Source: Kiritimatiellia bacterium (GTDB lineage: Bacteria; Verrucomicrobiota; Kiritimatiellia; RFP12; UBA1067). Taken from it: a stretch of 35,358 nt of DNA. Where the stretch lies: the NCBI GenBank assembly GCA_045132115.1, contig JBGURT010000062.1, positions 1 to 35,358 of the forward strand, written 5' to 3'. The position numbers and the translations under genes were made by a program. The notes below the pieces were generated by a model that worked only from the letters and a program-made list of their open reading frames with translations, was not told the origin of the DNA and did no database searches. Shown piece by piece: positions 1 to 8,452 of this stretch. The number at the start of each line of letters is the position of its first letter. Position 1 is the stretch's first letter.

Positions 1-1
1 T

Positions 2-247
2 ATCGTCACTACCGAGCCGGAAAAGATATGCAAGGCGATCTATCACGCAACCCACCATGGCGCAACGGTGATCGATGCGCATGGCGGATTCCGCAACGAA
101 GAGAAAAGCATCGTGTTTTCCGTAGTCGCGGCAGACGACACGACGAAGATCCATTCGCTCTGCAAGACGATCGATCCCGATGCCTTCATCGACGTGATGA
201 GCACGTCGCGCGTAATCGGAAGGTTTTACCTCCGACCGCGCGACTAG
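2..247 (+). CDS. 3' end of a YitT-family membrane protein (C-terminal DUF2179-like domain), 5'-truncated by the window edge
   Basis: Not in the ORF track. Hand translation of frame +2 gives IVTTEPEKICKAIYHATHHGATVIDAHGGFRNEEKSIVFSVV...IDPDAFIDVMSTSRVIGRFYLRPRD*, matching the GxT...G.F...IDPxAF...V.GxF pattern of YitT C-termini. Stop TAG at 245-247. Confidence 0.8.
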   Translation: MVTTEPEKICKAIYHATHHGATVIDAHGGFRNEEKSIVFSVVAADDTTKIHSLCKTIDPDAFIDVMSTSRVIGRFYLRPRD

Positions 248-258
248 AGGGCACCACT

Positions 259-711
259 CTACCAAGAGACGGTGCGCTCTTCCCAGTGACCGGGGTGCCA
301 CACCCTGACCACAGTGCCGTCGGCGGCTATCTGGTTGACGTATTGTCCAGGCACCCAGACTCTCTGCACCTCGACGACCGGCGCCGGCTGGACTACGACA
401 GGCGCACTATGGACTACGACCGGAGGGCTATGCACGACGACAGGCGCCGGCTCCGGATGGCAAGGTCCGATTACCGCATCGTGGATGATTCCGCCCACGA
501 CACCGCCGACAATGCCGCCGAGGAAAGCCTGATGGGCCTTGTGATGCTTGCCGTGATGGCCGCCGCCACGAGGCGCTCGCTGGTGCATGGGCGCAGGACC
601 GCGTCCGCCGCCACGAGGCGCAGGACCGCGTCCGCCGCCGTGGGGCGCTGCCCAAACCCCAGTGCACACCATAGCCGCGCATACCGCTCCGATTATTGTT
701 TTCTTGTTCAT
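259..711 (-). CDS. Small secreted low-complexity Gly/Pro/His-rich protein with a glycine-zipper-like segment and a WxPGxW-type C-terminus
   Basis: Start MNKKTII at 711 follows AAAGGA. Signal peptide ends VWA. Contains GGGRGPAP x2, HHGKHHKAH, FLGGIVGGVVGGII, PVVV repeats and WVPGQY...WHPGHW. Confidence 0.75.
   Translation of the reverse strand: MNKKTIIGAVCAAMVCTGVWAAPHGGGRGPAPRGGGRGPAPMHQRAPRGGGHHGKHHKAHQAFLGGIVGGVVGGIIHDAVIGPCHPEPAPVVVHSPPVVVHSAPVVVQPAPVVEVQRVWVPGQYVNQIAADGTVVRVWHPGHWEERTVSW
590..639. repeat. Intragenic direct repeat, 23-bp unit at 27-bp period (encodes GGGRGPAP)
   Basis: GGCGCAGGACCGCGTCCGCCGCC at 590-612 and 617-639. Confidence 0.9.
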
Positions 712-785
712 GGTTTTCGTTCCTTTCTGCCCCATATTCCCTTGGGCAGCGGAAATCTTACGCGAGAAAAGAAAATTTTGCGGAA

Positions 786-1760
786 TTAAATTTTCCGCGC
801 CTTGAAGCGACCGCGAGAAAGCGAAGCGGCGGCAAGGAGCAGGCAGATCCCCGGAACAAGGAAGAACCCAAACCTCTCGCCGGCGCGCTCGTCTTCCTCG
901 CGCTGCTCTTTTTCGGCTACCTGGCGAAGAAAGCGGCGGTAGATTGCGCCAAGAGTGGTCTCGGTGGTGCCCGCAGTAGCAAGCGGAACATAACGGCCGC
1001 CGGTTTCTTCGGCAATCAGCTTGAGCGTAGATTCCTCGAGCCGCACCTTGACGTTCTGGCCTTTGAATTGCAGCCCGGGAACTTCCGTTTCGTGCGCGGC
1101 ATCACCTATTCCTACGGTAAACACCGGAACTCCACGCTCTTTTGCAAGCGCAACGCATTCGCGCACTTCGCCGCGCAAGTCGCCGCCGTCCGAGATTATG
1201 ACGATTGCATTATGGTCGTCCGCCGCAGGATCGAGCGCATCGAGCGAAGCCCGGATTGCGCCGCCAAGATCGGTCTCGCCGCGCGGAGCGGAATCCGGGG
1301 TCATAGATTCGAGCGCACTGCGCAAAAAACCGTGGTCGGTCGTAAGCGGACAGACCAGAACGCCGCCATGGCGGAACGCCACCAGCGCACAACGGTCGTC
1401 GCCAAGCGAATCGATCAAATCTGCAATATCCGCCTTGGCGCGTCCCAGCCGATCCGGGCGGACATCGCGCGCAAGCATGGAGTTGCTCACGTCCAACGCG
1501 ACGACAAGGTTGCGCGATCGCGTCACGTAAAAATCCGTCGCCTTCCCCCACTGGGGACGCGATGCGGCAAAAAGACACAGGAAAAGCCCGGCAAGCGCAA
1601 GCGCAAATTGCACCGATCCGGTTTTGCCGCCCGGTTCACGGGCATTCAGCGAAAATCGCGCAATCGCTTTCTCGCGTCTGGCGCGGAGAAAAGTCCAATA
1701 CAATCCCGCAAACGGAACCAAGGCGCAAAGAAACAACAAAAAAGGATTCGCGAAGCGCAT
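786..1760 (-). CDS. BatB-like membrane VWA-domain protein
   Basis: BatA/B-type N-terminus MRFANPFLL, RPQWG, MIDAS motif DVSNSM, PLTTD, ISDG, and a C-terminal TM helix. Confidence 0.85.
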   Translation of the reverse strand: MRFANPFLLFLCALVPFAGLYWTFLRARREKAIARFSLNAREPGGKTGSVQFALALAGLFLCLFAASRPQWGKATDFYVTRSRNLVVALDVSNSMLARDVRPDRLGRAKADIADLIDSLGDDRCALVAFRHGGVLVCPLTTDHGFLRSALESMTPDSAPRGETDLGGAIRASLDALDPAADDHNAIVIISDGGDLRGEVRECVALAKERGVPVFTVGIGDAAHETEVPGLQFKGQNVKVRLEESTLKLIAEETGGRYVPLATAGTTETTLGAIYRRFLRQVAEKEQREEDERAGERFGFFLVPGICLLLAAASLSRGRFKARKI

Positions 1761-1766
1761 TTGGCT

Positions 1767-2630
1767 TTAGTGGTCGTGCTTGCCTTCGCCATGCCAAGGA
1801 ATAAACTCTGGGGCTTTGTCGATTCCTGCGGCGATACGCTGGCGAACGGCCTCGTAGACGAGAATCGTGGCCGCGGCGCTGACGTTCAAGGAGTCGGCAA
1901 GACCCAGCATGGGAATCCTGACACGCAAATCGGCCCCATCCATCCACTTTGCGGTAAGGCCATACTGCTCTGCGCCAAGCGCAATGGCGACATTGCCGGT
2001 AAGATCCACCTCGAAATGGAGCTTTTCGGCATGAGGGGTCGCGGCAAGAATGGAAAAACCGCGAGCCTTGAGAAATTGAAGCGCCTCTTCGCTCGTCGCC
2101 TCCACAATCGGAACCGAGAACATCGTGCCAGTGGAGGCGCGAACGACATTAGGGTTGTGGATATCGGTCGTGCGATCGCAAACGATAACCGCTGCCACCT
2201 TGGCGGCATCGGCCGAGCGGAGAATCGTGCCGAGGTTGCCGGGCTTTTCGATAGATTCGGTAACAATCACGAGCGAATTGGGCGGCAAATCGAGATCGGC
2301 GAGCTTTTTGCTCACATGAGGACCAACCATCAAAAGTCCGTCCGGCCGCTCTTTGTAGGCGATTTTCTGGAAGCACACTTTTGAACAAGTGTAGATTTCC
2401 GCGCCTGCGGCGGCACATTCGCGCACGATTTCCGGTTCGTTCTCGTTCTTAAGGTAGAAATCGGGGCAATGGAAAAGCGCATGCGGCCGATAGCCGTTGT
2501 CGAGAGCGCGGCGACACTCGCGATACCCCTCGACAATCATCTCGCCCGACTCCTCGCGCTCGCCGCAACTGCGGAGCTTCACCACGTGCTTGAGCTTGGG
2601 ATTGGACGGCGATGTGATTTCTATATTCAT
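1767..2630 (-). CDS. TrmH/SpoU-family (SPOUT) RNA methyltransferase
   Basis: Motifs ITSPSNP, EKPGNLGTILRSADA, LGAEQYGL, IPMLGLADSLNVS. Confidence 0.95.
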   Translation of the reverse strand: MNIEITSPSNPKLKHVVKLRSCGEREESGEMIVEGYRECRRALDNGYRPHALFHCPDFYLKNENEPEIVRECAAAGAEIYTCSKVCFQKIAYKERPDGLLMVGPHVSKKLADLDLPPNSLVIVTESIEKPGNLGTILRSADAAKVAAVIVCDRTTDIHNPNVVRASTGTMFSVPIVEATSEEALQFLKARGFSILAATPHAEKLHFEVDLTGNVAIALGAEQYGLTAKWMDGADLRVRIPMLGLADSLNVSAAATILVYEAVRQRIAAGIDKAPEFIPWHGEGKHDH

Positions 2631-4093
2631 TGCGCAACGATTTCGAACGGCCCGAGCGGAAGCGAAAGCTCGTTATACATCGTACCGTAAGTCTTGACTC
2701 TGCCCATATAGCGCACACCGCAAGGCGTCTCCACACCTTCCGCCTCGAGAACGAGCGAAGGGCCATAGTTAACGACGCCGCGCATGTTGCGGTCGCGCGA
2801 ATATCCGTTGGTGATAGTGGCGACCTTCCATTCGCCATCGGCACCGCAAAGCTCGAAAGCCGGAGTTTCGGAGCGGTCTGGTGAATAAATATACCACTTC
2901 TTTACGTTCGCGAATTCGACCGTAACCTGTCCGCCTTGGAATGTCGCCCGGGTGGCAACCGGCGAATCGTCGCCATCCATCTCGAAACCGTAGTCGCGCC
3001 GCAGGGCGTGCATCGCCAGACGAGTACCCACTATATCCTTGCGATTCGGGTGGATATCGCGGATATTCCCGGCATCCGAAAGAACAATCATCGCCGCATT
3101 GGGATTTTCGGCGGCAAATTGCGCTTGCGCCGCGCAAATGTTCATCCAGTTCGTCTCGTATGGCGCAAGCTGCGCGAAATACATTTTGAGTCCGGGATTC
3201 TCGAACATCTGCACCCAACCGGCGTAAAAACGGTTCATCCGGTCGAGGTACTGCTCGGAACTGTCATTCTTGTTGTTGCACCCTTGATACCAAATGAGAC
3301 CGCGCATCTGCATGGGGCAGAAATCGGCGACCATCCCTGCGAAAAGCGCCGTAGGCGTGGAGTTTGAAACCTTGCCTCCGCTACTCGCGAGGCTGTCTTC
3401 AAGTTCGCCATCCAGCATCGCGCACCGGGGCGTCCATGCTTCGATCGGCGTTCCGCCCCAGGCGGATTCCACGATACCGATCGGCACGTCCAGAGCGAGA
3501 TAAAGCTCACGCGCAAAATAGAACGCCACCGCTGAAATCGTATAGGTGTCGCCAAGCCGCGGCTTCAAGTCTTCGCGCGTGAATTTGCGCCAATTGGAAC
3601 GCTGCGGCCCCGGCACGAGTTTGTGCTGCGGCACGCCATCGATCAACTTCTGGTTTACAGTGAAGCGTACATACGGCAAGTTGGACATTTCGATCATCAT
3701 CGCGCCCTTTTCGTCGCGGAAGCGCGGATTGTCGCCCCAGATGGGACATTCCATGTTCGACTGCCCGGACGCATACCACACCTCGCCGAAGAGGATATCT
3801 TCGACCGTGCGCTCGTCGATCTTTTCGCCGATCGCCAGAAGCGCCTTCTTGTGTTCGGATACCACAAGCCGGACACCCTTTTTGCTGGCACCGCGCGGCG
3901 ACAGCTCCACGCGCCAGCGCCCGTCTTCGCCGACGACGGCTTTCGCGGTGTCGTTTTCAAGCGCAACCCTTACTTCGTTGCCCGGCGTGGCTTCGCCCCA
4001 GATGCGCACCGGCATCTGGCGCTGAATCACCATACCGTCGGAAAACGGCGCGGCAAGCCGCAGCACCGCAAGCATCAAAACCGATCCGAACAT
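2627..4093 (-). CDS. Sialate O-acetylesterase (SASA/SGNH family), probably exported
   Basis: Motifs FSDGMVIQR, GEVWYASGQSNM, WGGTPIEAW, WYQG, DIHP, ELSLPLGPF; short hydrophobic N-terminus. Confidence 0.9.
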   Translation of the reverse strand: MFGSVLMLAVLRLAAPFSDGMVIQRQMPVRIWGEATPGNEVRVALENDTAKAVVGEDGRWRVELSPRGASKKGVRLVVSEHKKALLAIGEKIDERTVEDILFGEVWYASGQSNMECPIWGDNPRFRDEKGAMMIEMSNLPYVRFTVNQKLIDGVPQHKLVPGPQRSNWRKFTREDLKPRLGDTYTISAVAFYFARELYLALDVPIGIVESAWGGTPIEAWTPRCAMLDGELEDSLASSGGKVSNSTPTALFAGMVADFCPMQMRGLIWYQGCNNKNDSSEQYLDRMNRFYAGWVQMFENPGLKMYFAQLAPYETNWMNICAAQAQFAAENPNAAMIVLSDAGNIRDIHPNRKDIVGTRLAMHALRRDYGFEMDGDDSPVATRATFQGGQVTVEFANVKKWYIYSPDRSETPAFELCGADGEWKVATITNGYSRDRNMRGVVNYGPSLVLEAEGVETPCGVRYMGRVKTYGTMYNELSLPLGPFEIVAQ

Positions 4094-4105
4094 TTTAGCG
4101 ACCTC

Positions 4106-5005
4106 TTAGTGATGATGATGGCCGCAGCCGCACTCGTGTCCATGAGCGTGGGCGACCTCCTTGTACTCTATCGACGCCTTGGCGCGAAGCTCGGCCACAT
4201 ACGCGTCCATCGCGCGACCGCGCGCCTCGTGACGCAAAAGATCCTTGATCTGATCGTGCACGTCAACGAGATCCTGCTTCTTGCCGCCACGCTCGTCGGC
4301 TTTGTAGATGATATGATAGCCGAACTGCGTCTGGACGATGGAGCTCACTTCGCCCTTCTTCATCTCGAACGCGGCCTTGTCGAACTCCGGCACCATCATG
4401 CCGCGACCGAACCAGCCAAGACTGCCGCCGGATTTGCCCGACGGACACTCGGAATGCGCTTCCGCCTCTTTGGCGAAATCACCGCCGGCGACAATGCGCT
4501 CGCGAATCGCCTTGATGGTATCGAAATCCTTGTGCAGAATGTGCTGGCAAAGGACTTCGTGCGGCTCGACATACTCTTGTTCGTGCGCTTTGTAGAAGGC
4601 CTCGACCTCGTCCTCTGTGGGGTCGGAGACATGCGCGCAGGCCTGGTTCACGAGCATGTTCACCTTCACGCCCTTCTCGAGTTCCTTGCGAAACGCTTCG
4701 TCGCTTATGCCCTGCGCGGCAAGCGCCTTGTCGTAGTTTTCCTTGCCCCCGACCTGGGTCACGACACGCGCAACCTCGGCGTCGATATCCGCCGCCGTCA
4801 CAGGGAGCGCGATACGCATCGCTTCGTCCAGAAGCAGCTTCGCCCCGATCGCCTGCTCGAGCGCCTTTTCTTCGAGCTTGGGCATGTTCTTCTTCACTTC
4901 GTCCAAAGTCATGCCGTGGCTCATATAGAATCTCACAAGGCGATCGAGTTCGAAATGCACAGCCTCGTGCGAAATTTCCTGTCCGTTTACGACTGCGGTC
5001 TTCAT
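4106..5005 (-). CDS. Parvulin-type peptidyl-prolyl isomerase (SurA-N-like helical domain plus PpiC domain) with a His/Cys-rich tail
   Basis: Motifs HIL, CPSGKSGGSLGWFGRGMMVPEFDKAAF, TQFGYHII; ends HAHGHECGCGHHHH. Confidence 0.92.
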   Translation of the reverse strand: MKTAVVNGQEISHEAVHFELDRLVRFYMSHGMTLDEVKKNMPKLEEKALEQAIGAKLLLDEAMRIALPVTAADIDAEVARVVTQVGGKENYDKALAAQGISDEAFRKELEKGVKVNMLVNQACAHVSDPTEDEVEAFYKAHEQEYVEPHEVLCQHILHKDFDTIKAIRERIVAGGDFAKEAEAHSECPSGKSGGSLGWFGRGMMVPEFDKAAFEMKKGEVSSIVQTQFGYHIIYKADERGGKKQDLVDVHDQIKDLLRHEARGRAMDAYVAELRAKASIEYKEVAHAHGHECGCGHHHH

Positions 5006-5006
5006 C

Positions 5007-6395
5007 TTAGAACAACTCCTTTACGGCTTCATCGATTTGCGGGATTTCCACAACTTTTGTCTGCGCGATCGGCAGGGTTCCCAGTTCCTTGAAACTTGGC
5101 GGCGGATTGTCGAGGACATTTTCCCCGAAGGCCTTTTCGCAAGTCTCGGGAAATTTATACGGCGTCGCGGTAGCCGCCACGAGAACCGGCAACTCCTTCG
5201 TGCCGCAGGTGCGGCGGAAGAGATAATCGCGCGCGACTTTGGTCGCAACCGCGGTGTGAGGATCAAGCACGTATCCGCAAGCTTCCTTCATGCGGCGCAT
5301 TTCGGAAAGCGTTTCGTCCTGCGTCGCGACGCCGCCGGCAAAATCTGCGAAAAGCCGCATCTTCGCCTTTTCGTTGAGCTCGTAGCGCCCGGTCGTTTCG
5401 AGATCCTTCATGAGGCGCGAAACTTCCTCGCCGTCGCCATCGTTCAAAAGCCACAAGAGACGCTCGACATTCGACGACTTCTTGATGTCCATCGACGGCG
5501 AATTCGTGATCGTGAAATCCTTGCCGGGATCGTAGACGCCGGTCTTAACGAACCGTGCGAGCACATCGTTCACGTTCGAGGCGACGATAAACTTGCGGAT
5601 CGGGGCGCCAAGCATTTTCGCGTAATACGCCGCAAGGATATTCCCGAAGTTGCCGGAGGGAACAACCACATCGAATGCACCGCCAATCTTGGACGCCGCG
5701 AGCACATAGTAGCCGATCTGCGGAACGAGACGCCCGGTATTGATCGAATTCGCGGACGAAAGCGTCACTCCCTTTGCCGCCGCTTCGGCGTTGATCGCCT
5801 TGTCGGCGAAAATGCGCTTGACCGCCGCCTGGGCGTCGTCAAAGTTGCCCTTTATGGCAACGGCATGCACATTCTTGTCGGCAGGCGTCGTCATCTGCAG
5901 GCGTTGCACTCGCGAAGTGCCCACATTCGGGAAGAACACAAGGACTTCCGTACCTTCCACGCCGGCAAAGCCCTGCATCGCGGCCGACCCAGTGTCGCCG
6001 CTCGTCGCGGTCAGAACGAGGACGCGCTTGCCGTTCGCGGCATGGCGCATGAACACCGGAAGCATGGAAAGCGCCACATCCTTGAACGCGCCAGTCTTGC
6101 CGTGGAAAAGCTCGAGGATGTTGAGCCCGTCTGCCTTCACGATTGGAGTGGGGTCGATCGCGGGGAAACGCGACAGAAGCCTATCCACCGCCGCAGTGCG
6201 AACCTCTGCGGGCATGTCGTCAAAGAGCACTCCAAGAACGAACTCTTCCGCCTCGCGCAAATCCTTCACCTTGGGCATCGGCGGCAAATCGCCGCCGAGA
6301 ACCGGGACATAAAGACCGCCATCGGGCGCGAGTCCCTGGAACACACTCTCCGCGCTTGTAGCTTCTATCCCTTTTCTGGTCGAGACAAATTTCAT
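5007..6395 (-). CDS. thrC: Threonine synthase
   Basis: Motifs MKFVSTR, GLAPDGGLYVP, ELFHGKTGAFKD (PLP lysine), ATSGDTG, SANSIN, VPSGNFGN, DPHTA. Confidence 0.97.
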   Translation of the reverse strand: MKFVSTRKGIEATSAESVFQGLAPDGGLYVPVLGGDLPPMPKVKDLREAEEFVLGVLFDDMPAEVRTAAVDRLLSRFPAIDPTPIVKADGLNILELFHGKTGAFKDVALSMLPVFMRHAANGKRVLVLTATSGDTGSAAMQGFAGVEGTEVLVFFPNVGTSRVQRLQMTTPADKNVHAVAIKGNFDDAQAAVKRIFADKAINAEAAAKGVTLSSANSINTGRLVPQIGYYVLAASKIGGAFDVVVPSGNFGNILAAYYAKMLGAPIRKFIVASNVNDVLARFVKTGVYDPGKDFTITNSPSMDIKKSSNVERLLWLLNDGDGEEVSRLMKDLETTGRYELNEKAKMRLFADFAGGVATQDETLSEMRRMKEACGYVLDPHTAVATKVARDYLFRRTCGTKELPVLVAATATPYKFPETCEKAFGENVLDNPPPSFKELGTLPIAQTKVVEIPQIDEAVKELF

Positions 6396-6407
6396 CCTTT
6401 TCTTTCC

Positions 6408-7526
6408 TCAATTGAACAGGAATTCGACTACATCGCCGTCCTGCATTTCATATTCCTTGCCTTCCGGACGAAGCGCGCCTGCGCTGCGTGCGCCGGCGAC
6501 GCCATTGTTCTTCACATAATCCTCAAACGCAATAACCTCGGCGCGGATGAAACCCTTTTCGAAGTCGGTATGAATCACGCCGGCGCACTTCGGCGCCTTC
6601 CATCCGCGGTGGAACGTCCATGCGCGAACTTCCTTGGGGCCGGCTGTAAAATACGACGCGAGTCCTAGCGTATGGTACGCAAGCTTGATCGTGCGGTCCA
6701 GCGACGATTCGGAAAGCCCGTAACTTTCGAGGAATTCCTTCGCCTCGGAGTCGGAAAGCCCTGCCAGATCGGCCTCCATCTGGGCGCAGATGACCACCAT
6801 CTCGCTCCCGGCCTTGGCCGCATATTCTTTGAGCGCCGCGACATGTGGATTGCCTTCTCCGGTAACGTTGTCATCCGAAACATTGGCGCAGAAGATTACC
6901 GGCTTTTCGGTAAGGAAGTGGAGTTCCTTGATTACCGGCAAGATCGCGTCTCCCTCGCCGCGCGGAAACGAGCGCACCGGATGCCCCTCTTCGAGGTGTT
7001 TGAGGAGCTTGGCGCAAGCTTCGGCCTCGGGACGCAATGGCGGCTTCGCCTGCGCCTCTTTCCTGACCTTGTCGTACCGGCGCTGAAGTTGCTCCATGTC
7101 GGCCAAAATAAGCTCCGTCTCGATGACCTCGGCATCGCCTACCGGGTCGATAGGAGCCGACTTGTTGCCGCCCTCCTGAACGTGAATTATGTCGTCGTTC
7201 TCGAAGCACCTAACTACATGGAGAATCGCATCGCACTCGCGAATATTCGCGAGGAACTTGTTGCCGAGCCCCTCGCCCTTGGACGCTCCCTTCACGAGCC
7301 CGGCAATATCGGTAAAGTCCACCGTCGCCTTGATGATCTGCGCCGGATTCACGATTTTCGCCAATTCCCCGAGGCGTTTGTCCTCTACTTCAACTACGGC
7401 AGTATTGGGCTCGATCGTACAGAAAGGATAGTTTTCCGCCGCCGCCTGCTGTTTCTTCGTGAGTGCATTGAACAATGTCGACTTGCCAACATTCGGCAAC
7501 CCGACGATTCCTACCGCAAGACTCAT
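6408..7526 (-). CDS. ychF: Redox-regulated ribosome-binding ATPase YchF
   Basis: True start MSLAVGIVGLPNVGKST at 7526 (ATGA overlap with the upstream stop). Motifs NYPFCTIEPN, DIAGLVKGASKGEGLGNKFL, IHTDFEKGFIRAE. Confidence 0.98.
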   Translation of the reverse strand: MSLAVGIVGLPNVGKSTLFNALTKKQQAAAENYPFCTIEPNTAVVEVEDKRLGELAKIVNPAQIIKATVDFTDIAGLVKGASKGEGLGNKFLANIRECDAILHVVRCFENDDIIHVQEGGNKSAPIDPVGDAEVIETELILADMEQLQRRYDKVRKEAQAKPPLRPEAEACAKLLKHLEEGHPVRSFPRGEGDAILPVIKELHFLTEKPVIFCANVSDDNVTGEGNPHVAALKEYAAKAGSEMVVICAQMEADLAGLSDSEAKEFLESYGLSESSLDRTIKLAYHTLGLASYFTAGPKEVRAWTFHRGWKAPKCAGVIHTDFEKGFIRAEVIAFEDYVKNNGVAGARSAGALRPEGKEYEMQDGDVVEFLFN

Positions 7527-8452
7527 TCTTCGTTTCCTTCCGTCTTTTTGGCGCCATATTCCCAGTCTGGATAGAACGACCTCAAAACCGTCGCGTAATA
7601 GTCGGCATCGATAACCCGGTCTTCCTTGAGCGCCGTCTCGTAAAGGCTTTCCATGCGCGAAACGATTTCTGCGCGAAGCGCCGACTCGTGCGCGGAATCG
7701 GCTTCGGTCTCTAGCCGCGCCGCCCTTGCGAGCGCACGCGAACCTACTGTAAGCGATTTGTCGTTTTCCGCCAAGTATGGCGTTTCCTCGCACTTGGTTT
7801 CTTCATCCTCGCCAAGCGACACGAGGTCGTTTACCGTCTTTTCCGGGTGGAGCGCGGCTTCGCGCGCGTCAAGATCGCGCCTGTATGCTTCTAATTCCCT
7901 CGCCTTGTTGATATTTTGCTCATACAGCCTGTTCACCTCGGCGTAAGAGTGTTTGAGTTTATATGTTTCGGCTTCGGCCTTGCGTTCGGCGGCTTTCTCC
8001 TTCTCTTCTTCTGCGACTGCGGTCTTTTCCTTCGCCTCTTCAATCGCCTGCTCGGCTTTCTTCGCCTTCAAGATCGCCTCTTTGGCGGCGCGTTCGTCCG
8101 CCATTGCCTGCGCGTTCTTGTTCGCCGTATCGTTGGCGAGTCTGGCCTCCTCCGTCTTGAGCTTTTGCGTTTCGGCCTCGGCTTTGGCCTGCGCGGCGGC
8201 AAGTTTGGTCGATTCCTTTTTGTCGGCTTCAGCTTTAGCCTTTTCCTTCGCAGCGCTTTCCTTCGCCCGTTCCGCCGCCGCGCGCTCCTTCTCCTCGCGC
8301 GTCTTGGCCAGTTGCGTCTCCTCTTCGCTCGCGGCCTTCGCCGCCTCGCTCCGCGCAATCGAGGCCGACTCCTTGTATCGCACCACGAGCGCGTACGATC
8401 CGGCGCACACCGCCACGCATACCGCGACGATAACTATCGACTTGGCGTTCAT
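7523..8452 (-). CDS. Membrane-anchored Ala/Glu/Lys-rich coiled-coil protein (TolA-like composition), function unknown
   Basis: N-terminal hydrophobic helix, a long AEK-rich helical region, then a small C-terminal domain. ATGA-coupled to gspD and ychF. Confidence 0.8.
   Translation of the reverse strand: MNAKSIVIVAVCVAVCAGSYALVVRYKESASIARSEAAKAASEEETQLAKTREEKERAAAERAKESAAKEKAKAEADKKESTKLAAAQAKAEAETQKLKTEEARLANDTANKNAQAMADERAAKEAILKAKKAEQAIEEAKEKTAVAEEEKEKAAERKAEAETYKLKHSYAEVNRLYEQNINKARELEAYRRDLDAREAALHPEKTVNDLVSLGEDEETKCEETPYLAENDKSLTVGSRALARAARLETEADSAHESALRAEIVSRMESLYETALKEDRVIDADYYATVLRSFYPDWEYGAKKTEGNEE

Noticed and set aside
245-261. TAGAG-ggcacca-CTCTA inverted repeat spanning the two convergent stop codons, as a bidirectional terminator
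   Set aside because: The stem is only 5 bp, partly explained by the two TAG codons, and has no U-tract.
28-2384. Long plus-strand ORFs 28..789 and 696..2384, and similar ones at 3623..5092, 5037..6668, 8785..10254, 17308..19179 and 24312..25451
   Set aside because: They are antisense shadows of well-supported minus-strand genes in GC-rich DNA, Arg-rich and without family motifs.
7527-7793. N-terminal extension of YchF in the ORF track (likewise FprA to 22129, M28 to 22707, Zn-ribbon/EIIA to 33034)
   Set aside because: The extensions overlap upstream genes; family N-termini and adjacent stop/start junctions identify shorter starts.
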